This document shows, in pieces, positions 54,605-64,000 of a DNA stretch of 64,000 nucleotides; the first letter of the stretch is position 1; each line of letters begins with the position of its first letter. The DNA is from Chiloscyllium plagiosum (Eukaryota). The translations under genes and the position numbers were made by a program. The notes under the pieces were generated by a model that saw nothing but the letters and a program-made list of their open reading frames with translations, made no database searches and was not told the origin of the DNA. Location of the stretch: assembly GCF_004010195.1 (NCBI RefSeq), contig NC_057735.1, positions 17,766,865-17,830,864 on the forward strand. The letters are read 5' to 3'.

Positions 54605-54985
54605 GCAATCAACCCCACCGCCCTGTGGCCCAACATTTCAACTCCCCCTCTCACTCTGCCGAGGACATGCAGGTCATGGGCCTCCTCCAGCTCCGCTCCC
54701 TCACCACCCAACACCGAGAGGAAGAACGCCTCATCTTCTGCCTCGGAACACTTCAAACCCATGGTATCAATGTGGATTTCACCAGTTTCCTCATTTCCCC
54801 TTCCCCCACCTCACCCCAGCTCTATTGTACTCTATGCTACTTTCTCCCCACCCCAACCCCCCCTCTCATTTATCCCTCCACTCTGCAGGCACCCTGCCTC
54901 TATTCCTGATGAAGGGCTTTTGCCCGAAACATCGGTTTTCCTGCTCCTCGGATGCTGCCTGACCTGCTGTGCTTTTCCAGCACCA
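54605..54985 (+). mobile_element. Penelope-like 3' remnant with hammerhead-like core
   Basis: Similar to 17950-18360; CTGATGA at 54906 followed by GGGC tttt GCCC GAAA. Confidence 0.75.
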
Positions 54986-55786
54986 TCTAATCTAGCTTAC
55001 ACCCACTATCCAGTGAAAAATGGATATATATTACACATTAATGAAAAGATGCCACAGAGTTAAATCTTAGAGTATATGTGGCACAATGTTGAGTCACAAA
55101 ATTCTGCTTTCCTTAGGTAGAGTTATAGGTCCTTTTCTCATCCAGGAATTAGCCATTGACAGTAATTGGAGCTGCTATTACGTTCATTCAAATGTGAGCA
55201 GAAAATTCAAAACTAACACTGGACTGTCATCAGATGTCACATTTTCCATCATTACCACCATAAAACAATTGTACTTCATGAACTGAGCACATAACCAGAG
55301 TCCAGTGCTGGCATGAAGTCTGGGGAGACATCTACTTTTAGAACCCCCCCCCCCTCTTTAAAACCCTAATTGATTGTAGAAGAATCTATAACACCTATAA
55401 CCCTGAGAATGGAAGATAATACGCTTTAATTCTTAAGCTATCATTGACATTTCTATGTGTAAGAAAGAGAGAGAGAGAGAAGAGAAGTAGTTATATAGCA
55501 ATTGTGCATCAGACAATGAGGCAAGACAAGGCCTCCATGAACTACCATAGTCAATACCTGTAAGGATTGAATCCACATTGTTGGCATCACTGCACTATGC
55601 TCCAACCATCTGTGTTAACTCCACCTGAAAAATATAAACTTGTTCCAAAATGCTAAACCAGCTGTACATCTGGCAGTTTGTTGTGCTAAATAAGATGATA
55701 AAATACCAAATAAACAATGTGATCTACAACTGACAGGGACAGAGTATCATTCTTGGCTTAGTGGTAACACCTTAACCTTTGAATCT

Positions 55787-56409
55787 TGTCACAAAGCTGG
55801 TTTCTGTTTCTCTAAAAGCTGTTCCTTTTCTCAATCATACTATGTCCCTTTTTTTTTCAGAGGGGTAACAAACCACTCTTGGTGCTGATTAGTCTGGTTT
55901 GGTACAGAAATTAAAGGATATTGAGAGGCCTTTTTGTTTATATGTAAACAGATGAGACTTCAGGCTGAAGTGACCTGTATAATGAAAGAGGAGTGGTCAA
56001 CTCTCTAGCTGAGCCGTTCAGTTCAGTTCAGTTCAGAACTAGTTGGGCGTTCAACAGTAAGCTGTGTGGAAACAAACTCTCTCTCTCTGCCCTTCTAATT
56101 CCAACCTGTAAGCATCTGTTCCATGTATTTATACTGGTTTCTAAGGGGTTTGGTTATTGGGACTGTTGTGTATATTTGGAACACCATAATTAAGTCTAGT
56201 TTGGATAGACTGAGTTCTGTAGGCTTTCGTTATTCTGTTCTTTGTGTTTCATTGTATAATTTTATGAATATAGTTTTGTTTGTTTCTAACCTAGTAGTCA
56301 ACCTCACTAAATTACTCTGGGTAATTTTCACTGTACACTTACCAAAACAAGTTATGATCTGGGCTGCCTGCTTAAGAATGTTTTAAGTAGTCTGGCCGAG
56401 TCCATAACA
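55787..56409. mobile_element. Solo LTR inserted in a tRNA-like SINE head
   Basis: TG...CA termini and 4-bp TSD atct; splits A box (tggcttagtgg) from B box (gattcaaatcc). Confidence 0.65.
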
Positions 56410-56589
56410 ATCTGATCATTGATTCAAATCCCTTTCCAGAAATTTAAGTACATCACAGAGATTGACATTTTGGTGCAGAGTCAAAGGAGATATATAATAT
56501 TGGAAGTCTTTCAGGCAAAACATTAAACTGAGATCCCATCTCAGGATTACTCATAGTGCCAGATGCTAATGAGCATAACAACAGGAAGA

Positions 56590-58075
56590 TCCATTGATTG
56601 AAAACATGACTGGAGAACTGGTATAAGAGGGAGAATATCAGTTTTCTGAGGCCTTGAGACCAGTTCTACGCAAGTGGGTCCTGTCCTAGCTGGACTGGTT
56701 ACATATTAATGAGGCTAGGATTGATATTCTCACAGGGAGATTTGTTTGAGCTGTCAGAATTAGTTTAAACGAGCTTGTTAAGGGGATAGATCCTCAGGGA
56801 TCTTTCAAATTAGAAGGAAACAAATTTCCTTACAGGAAGTAGAAAAGTTGCAAAGGGACACAGAAGACAGGAAAAGCAAAGTCAAGCATTGAGTATCCCT
56901 AGAATTTGGAATGACATCATAAAGTCAAAGTTAATGGCACATCTCCTGAACACACTCAGCATTCATAACAATATAGATGATCCTAAATAGAGGTAAATGT
57001 TTGTGGCACAATTCCTATTACAGAAGAATGGTGACCAGGGCTGTGAATGGATATTCAAGGATATGCAATGTTTAGGAAGGACAGTCAAAAATGAATAGGA
57101 GATGGAATTGGTACTGATAATGCAAGATGGGATCAGTACATTCGTCAGGGAGAATCTAAGATTGAAAGAACAATATATGAAATCTATTTCAGTGGAATTC
57201 AGAAATTGCAAGGGACAGCAAACATTGGTTGGAGTGATTAATAGCCTACAACACCATAAAGATAATATAGGCCATGGTTTAATCAGGTGATGAGTGAAGT
57301 TTGTTGTACAAGCAATACAGCAAACATGGATTACTACAATCTGCATATAAACCAATGGAGCACCAAAACTGTAGGGAATACATTCCTGAAATGTCTTAGG
57401 GATGATTTTCTGAAGCAGCTTTTTGAGATAAGTAATTTTAGATTTGATAAGGAAAAGGGGATAATGAATAATATTGTTCTAAAAGAGATAACAACTACAA
57501 TAAGATAAAACTTCAGTACAAAAATGAATAGTTAGAAGTTTGTGAGAAGATTTGTATCTCGGGTGCTTGAGTGAATAGTTAGATCAGAAACAAGGGTGCT
57601 ATGCACAATATGAGGCACAAGTTGGCTCAGCTGGATTGGGGAAATAAATTAAAAGGCATGACTGTATGTAGGCAATAGACAGTCTTTAAATAACTATTCT
57701 GTAACTTACAGCAACAATATATTCCTTCAAAAATAAAAAAAATTTAAAGAAAGGACAGTCAACTATGGCTGACAAAGCAAGTTAATGATTGTGTAAGATT
57801 AAAAAAAAAAGAAGGCCAGAAATAATAATAATTCTAAGGATTGGAAAGTTTTTAGAATGCAGCATAAAGAACCAAGAAACTGAAAAGAAGGGAAATACAG
57901 GATATGAATGCAATCTAGTAAAATACCTAAAAATGGATTGTATAAGCTTCTACAGGACTGCAAAAACAAAAGTTTTGCTAAGACCTTGTGAGTCTAGTAA
58001 AGGCAGAGCCCTGAGAATTTACAATGGGGAATAGTGAAATATGGAGAGACTAACTGATTACTTTGCATGGACTCT
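56590..58075 (+). mobile_element. Highly degenerate CR1 (ORF1 end and endonuclease)
   Basis: Residual KSISVEFRN..G..TLVGV, FLKCLRDDFLKQ and SFY motifs. Confidence 0.6.
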
Positions 58076-60019
58076 TACAGAGGTCTGAGCAATGTGGACT
58101 ATGGACAGATTTGTAACAGAACTGAACAAGAAATCCAGCGAGTCTATCTCCATGTCAAGAGTATCTCGTGCCATCTTTTATGCTTGTCAAAAACAATGTG
58201 CCAAGTTCCTCGCTAGTCAGAAACCAGTTGCCAATTAAAGGGAAATTATAACCTGTTAAACACCCATTTGATGACCCAATTTGCCTCATTAGTCCAGCTT
58301 TCTATCTTAACAAACTCACCAACAAGCTGGACATCCAGCAAATATGAGATAGAAACCAGAGTAGGTAATTGGCATATTCAACTTGCTCTGAATAACTTCC
58401 AAATTGTGTTTAATCAAACTGAAAGTCAGTGCACAATCCATGGGAATCAGCTACATGCACCTCTTGTACATAGACATTAACATCTAGTAGCTGTCAATCC
58501 ATCACAACCATGTCACCTCTCTGATACAGTTGCAAATCTCTTAAGAAGCAAAGATTCAAATTACAAGGTGCATTGAAAGGCTGCAACAAAGGCACTTTGT
58601 GTCCAAGGACAAGAACCTAACTCAAGTGTTGGACTGGGCTGTATGCTAGGGCTGAACCATTTCTCTTAGCATTCAATTATTTAGCACCTACCTGCATTCC
58701 CACATTATCCATGCCTTGCATTGGCTTGCCATGCCAGCCTGTTATAACATTGCATATCATTAAAGCAGAAGTTGATAGATTATCTCTTGATTGGAGAGGT
58801 CATTGCCTGGCACTTGTGAGGCATGAATGTTACTTGCCACTTTTCAGCCCAAGCCTTACTTCATTTGGACAGATTGTTTCTATATCTGAAGAGTTGCAAA
58901 TGTGTTGAATTTGTGCAATCACCAGTGAACATCCCACTTCTAACCTTATGATGAATAGAAGTTCATTACTGGAATGCCTAGTCAAAGGAACACCTTGAAT
59001 TGAGCTGATTCACCTCCAAGAACCATAATCATTTTGTGTTAAGTATGACTCAGAGTAGTGGAGAGTTTTCCCCAATTCGCACTGACTCCAGTTTTGCTAT
59101 TTCAACATTATATTTGAACTGTCAAGTATTTCAAACCTTTATTATTGTGCATAGCTATAGAACCATAGAGTAATATTGCAATTATGTCATGGAGCTGCTC
59201 CTCAATGGGCATAAATAACAGTTTGAGCAGAGTTGTGGGATAAGCTTGAAGTCTAGCCATGTGGATGTTCGAAACATGGAGAAGATCCAACTAGCTTATT
59301 TAGACTATAGAAATCATTGAAAAGTCTTTCAATAATGTAAGATTAGGCCCAACTAAATCACAGACTACCATATATTGCATCTTTAGATTTATTTAATAGT
59401 TTACATGTACCTAAATACAGTGAAAAATGTTGTTTCGCATGTTATTTGTAAAGTTTTGCCATACACTAACACCATCTTGTATCACTGATTGTATTGCATG
59501 TTATGTTATAAAATGTTATAAAAAAGCCTAATCCTGAAGACAGTCATTGACTATAAGAAATAGGAACAGAAATAGGGCATTCAGCACGTCAAGCCCGCTC
59601 CAACAATCAGTTGGATCATTGCTGATTGGACACTATTCATACCCAATTTGGATATCCTTGGATTCAAGATGGTGCCAACACAGGGAGCTCTCTACAACAG
59701 ATCATATTCTCACATTTCTTTCAATTGTTCTACACTTTCTACTGTATCTTTGTATTTCTTACTCTGTTCTATCACTCTATGATCTTTGTATGGTATGATC
59801 TGCCTGTATTGAGACTAAAACAAAGCTTTTCACTGTACTTAGGTACGCTGACAATAATAAACCAATTCTTCAATTTCCTGTTTTCCTCATAAACCTTGTT
59901 TGCCCCCGATCAATTAGTGAAGCCAAATTCATGGATGTGAGCTTAAATGCACACAAAAATCTTAGAGCAGAAAGTAATTTAAAACGAATTCTGCAAATAC
60001 ACACAAGTACAGGCTACAA

Positions 60020-60320
60020 AACTTATTGACACGCGCATGCGTGGAGCGATGTGGCTGGCTTGAGGCAAGCGGCACGGATTTAGAAGCGCATGCGTGAAAA
60101 CTGACGCACGCGCATTGGGGAGTGTGGCCTTTGTGGCGGCGCGGGTCGGGCATTGGGAATATTCCCGTGCTCTCGGTAAAGTGGAACATTTAAAATATGC
60201 GGAGCGTTTCGCGTTTAGTCTTTTATAAAATCGGAGAGACTGGGTAGGGGGAGTTTGTGGGGAGGGTGGTTGGAGAGGTGATTGGGGTCCGGGGTGTGGG
60301 AGGGGAAGGGCGTGACCGGT
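60020..60320 (+). promoter_or_regulatory. CpG-rich housekeeping promoter / probable non-coding exon 1 of C1orf74
   Basis: CpG-dense non-repeat segment; NRF1-type GCGCATGCGT at 60033-60042 and 60086-60095; candidate donor G|GTAAAG at 60176. Confidence 0.7.
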
Positions 60321-60724
60321 GATGATAGAGTCTGTCCCATAAACCCTTCCCCCGGAGCAACATGTCCAGAGACAGCGGTTCCTGGTTTTAAACCCACTGG
60401 CTCTGAATTGACGAGTGTGGTACAGGCCTGACCGGTGGGGAAGCAATGGCTGCGTTTGAATCATGGCGGCGTGGGAATTTAGCGAGGATAGGATTGAACC
60501 CTGCAGTTATGGATTTTGCTGCCACTCTGTTCTTAAAGGATCAGAGAGCTTCAGTCGCATCAAATTGCTGCCTTCAAAAAGGAAGCTTGAGGGATAGGTT
60601 TGTGACTGTTGGAATGCAGGAAAGAAAACCGACGTGGGAAAGCAAAATTGAACTTACTTGCTCTTACCTGACCTAATTTTCAGAGAAGGATTTTGCAATG
60701 GCTTACCCCTTTTGCCCGAACTAA

Positions 60725-61205
60725 AGATCATTGAATTGCTACGGCGTGACAACAAGTCCACACCGACCCTCCAAAGAGTAACACACCTAGACCGATTTTC
60801 CTACCTTATTGTTCTACAATACCCTGACTAGTGCACCCAACCTACACATCCCTTGTCACTTTGGACTCTGGGGGGAGACTAGAGCAACCAGAGGAAACCC
60901 ATGCAGACACAGAAAGCATATGCAAAATCCAAAGACAGTTGCCCTAGGCTGGAATTGAAACTGGGACCCAGGTGCTGTGAGGCAGCTGTGCTAATCACTG
61001 AGCCAGATTATGAAGGAGAGGACATGTGCAGGTTAGGTGAATTGGCCATGCTAAATTCCCAAAGTGTTCAGGGATGTGTAGGTTAGGTATTTAGTCAGGG
61101 ATAAATATAGGATAATAGGGTAGGGGAATGGGTCTGGGTGGGATACTTTTTGGTTGGTGTGGACTTGTTGGACCGAAGGCCCTGTTTCCACAATGAAGGG
61201 ATTAT
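60725..61205. mobile_element. Two HE1-like SINE pieces in opposite orientation
   Basis: 60725-61000 is the reverse complement of the SINE; 61020-61200 is its forward 3' part. Confidence 0.7.
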
Positions 61206-61414
61206 GTGAGACAATATTAGTGGTCTTTGTTGGCTCTCTATTCTCTCTTTAAAAAAGAAAGCAGACAGTACTAGAGTGTAAATGTACAGGATCTGGGTAA
61301 TATTGGTATTATAAATGAAATTACTTGTAAGTCACAGCATGAAAGAGTGTTATTCTGGCAAAATATCAAATTTTTGCTTGTATATTTTTCAGTTCCTGAA
61401 ATTAGTTTTTTTTC

Positions 61415-62272
61415 ATGATCTTCTTATCTGCAAATAGATTTTGTCTGATTTCTACCATAATGGAGACTATACTGAAAGAACAACTGATCTTTGCTGCACA
61501 GAAGACCTTAAGAATAGGACAAAAGAAGAATTTTTCTGCATCACGTTGCTTGGGTCTCTTTGCTGAGATCCTAGCTGTAGATTCGGAATTGAAGCCTGCT
61601 TTCCTGTTTGATTACAGTCTAGCAAAATCTGAACAGGTCCAGAACTACATCCAGGAGATACAGAAGATTGGGCTTTTTTCTCAGGATTTACATATCCTCA
61701 GCATGGAAGAAAACGTACTGATAATAAACTTAAACAAAACCATAAGACATTTGGAAAGAACATTGCAAGAAAATAGGGTTCCAATCATTGATGTTTCTGC
61801 ACATAGGTCCAGCCCAAGCCTAGCTGAGACATGCGTTAGTAAACAAGTGAAGGCCCAGTTGGATCTACTTTTGAAGCATCTGAAATCCCAAGTAGTTCAA
61901 AAGGGAAGATGTGAATTAGGTGTTGTTAGTGCAAGTAAAATTTTCTCTTCAGAGTGGAATCTATGTACAATGTTTGGATTTCTCCTTGGGTTCCCAGCTG
62001 CATACTGGTTTGATTTTAGCACATCTTTTGAGAATTGTTTGAGCATGACTGAGCTTCGGGTTTTCTCTGTCTCTGCTTTTTGTCACCAAATCACTAAAAA
62101 CCTCAAGCATCAAATGTATTCGTTCAGTATTCCAGAAATCCTTTACTTGGAGTTACAGAGCATTGTAGCATGTTGGAACAGAGATCTTCAGTCAGACTTT
62201 ATCAAGCAGTCCAATTTCTCTGAACTCAATATTTCCACAGAGATCACCTGTCAGCCTGCAATTACACTTTAA
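61415..62272 (+). CDS. C1orf74: UPF0739 protein C1orf74 homolog (single coding exon; start at 61415 or at METILK, 61459)
   Basis: Recognised motifs AAQKTL, EILAV..LKPAFLFD, WNLCTMFGFLLGFP, YSFSIPE and C-terminal PAITL, as recalled from human C1orf74. Confidence 0.9.
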   Translation: MIFLSANRFCLISTIMETILKEQLIFAAQKTLRIGQKKNFSASRCLGLFAEILAVDSELKPAFLFDYSLAKSEQVQNYIQEIQKIGLFSQDLHILSMEENVLIINLNKTIRHLERTLQENRVPIIDVSAHRSSPSLAETCVSKQVKAQLDLLLKHLKSQVVQKGRCELGVVSASKIFSSEWNLCTMFGFLLGFPAAYWFDFSTSFENCLSMTELRVFSVSAFCHQITKNLKHQMYSFSIPEILYLELQSIVACWNRDLQSDFIKQSNFSELNISTEITCQPAITL

Positions 62273-64000
62273 ATATTGAGCAAATGGAATATTGTCATTT
62301 GCTAATTAATTCTAAGAAGCCAAATACTGAGGATGCTGGAAATGATGAAGTAAGAACAGAAAATGCTGGAGGCATTCAGCAGGTTAAACAGTATCTGTGA
62401 AATTCTGACAAAACATTATAAGACCTCTCTGGGAATGCTGCCTGACCTGTTTAGTATTTACTTCCACTTAATGGCAATTCATTTTCTTGAAAGTGCAACA
62501 TTGCTTTGTGTTAGTCACAAAGCCTGCATAAATGCAATGATAGCTCATGAAATCAAAGTCTGTGAAACTTATCAATGTCCAAAGTCAATTAATATAATTA
62601 CGAAATTCAGCAATAAATATTGTACCAGTTGATTTGCTTTTTCAATTGTACTCGACCTGTGCAACAAAGCATATAGTCTGCTTGATAACTAGTAAATGGA
62701 ACAAATATTTGTGTTTTCATATTTGGCAAGCACTAGTACTGTTCAAATTATATTTATTGTTACTACATTCTTGGTATGTTGATAGAAAATACATATGAAG
62801 CAAAGCATTTGTATTACATTTCTTACAGATTGTCCATTCAGATGAGAAATGAACGGGTACCTTTCTTATGTCATGTTTTTGAATCTTCATGATTCAGCCT
62901 CTGCTGAAGTGATTGAAGTGCATGCTAAATGCTGATCATTCTGTGGATGAAACAATTCTTAACATAGTCCTCAAACAGCCTTGTTCCATTTTCAGTCAAT
63001 GTCCCATTATTCTGAGGTGGTTGTCTAGAGTTTATTGAGTTCTAGTTCCATCTATTGGCTCTTCCAAGGTTCCTTGAGAAGTTGGTGTACTTTCTTGAGC
63101 TCCTAAATCTTTGAAGAGGTTCTCTGGATTTGTCTTTTTTTAACATCAGTATTAACCCATGTATTTCTATAGACATATTTCAACTACTTTCTTTTAAGAT
63201 TTCCAGCAGTTCATGCATTGAAAAGTAAAGAAGAGGCCAGTTCAGAAATTCGTGGACTGTGCCACGTTACCAGATGTTTTCTTTACTTGTTGTAACACAA
63301 CAATTGCAATAGCATCCACTGTTGCTTCCAATTCCACTTACATTGTTATTGCAACTTGCCCATTGAAAAGCCACTGATGAATTGGTATTTCTCTGGTTCG
63401 CTGCCTGAAAGCAGGTCCTTTTCAGAAAATACATATGAACTATTTCTTGAACTGTAGCAAAATGCTGTATTTTGTTTTATTGTATGGGTGAATGATAGGT
63501 CCAGAGTATACCTTAACCACAGCAAGATTCAAAAGCCCATCAGTTGGTGTTAAGTTGCTCCACACATGAACTGAGCTATAGGAAACCAGTGATATACCAG
63601 TCAGTATCCCAATACAACTTGAATTATTTTGTGTCATGTCACCTCCAAAATCAGCTTTTGTCTCAGAGTTACCAATGATGGCATTATGTACTGTACCTTA
63701 TACTGCAGTGGACAGGTAAATCAAAATAAAACACACACATTTATATTTCTGGTTGTCTTTATACTTGACTGAAGTTAGATATCAAAATGGAAAAAAATGC
63801 ATATGTAAGCATTTTATATATATATGTATTATAGTGGTTAAAACCTCACTGGTTGGTCGTATTTGTTTTGCTGTTGAGATATGGAATTATTCCGTTTCCA
63901 GTCTGAAGTGGAGTAGGATTTCACAATCAACTGCACTAGAGGTGAGCAGAGCCTTATTTAATGCATGTTCAAGTAATACTGGAAGTATTATAGAACATAG

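Noticed and set aside
59979-60676. ORFs over the CpG island
   Set aside because: By-products of GC-rich promoter sequence with no recognisable protein features
62800-63720. Possible minus-strand exons (TRAF3IP3 3' end expected by synteny)
   Set aside because: Splice-like sites exist, but translations show no recognisable coiled-coil or TM tail and have frequent stops

Overview
Vertebrate genomic DNA, most likely from a cartilaginous fish (inferred from HE1-type SINEs, CR1/HER1-like LINEs and Penelope remnants). Most listed ORFs are transposon debris or spurious. Hand-splicing of short + strand exons reveals a tandem cluster of three spliced genes for secreted vitamin K-dependent (Gla-domain) proteins, none with a serine-protease domain. 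Gene A (2908-10520, ~139 aa) is signal/propeptide-Gla-coiled coil and has lost its RRAN propeptide-cleavage segment. Gene B (22470-32912, ~159 aa) is signal/propeptide-Gla-linker-homologous coiled coil. Gene C (41861-53955, ~165 aa) is signal/propeptide-Gla-EGF-cbEGF-stop. All three have an HNF1-like site ~110-155 bp upstream of the ATG. Gene A looks mosaic: its 5' half resembles gene C and its 3' exon resembles gene B. Downstream is a C1orf74 (UPF0739) orthologue with a CpG/NRF1-type promoter. Penelope-derived repeats carry minimal hammerhead ribozyme cores. Gene models are manual predictions, and transposon boundaries are approximate unless a target-site duplication (TSD) is given.
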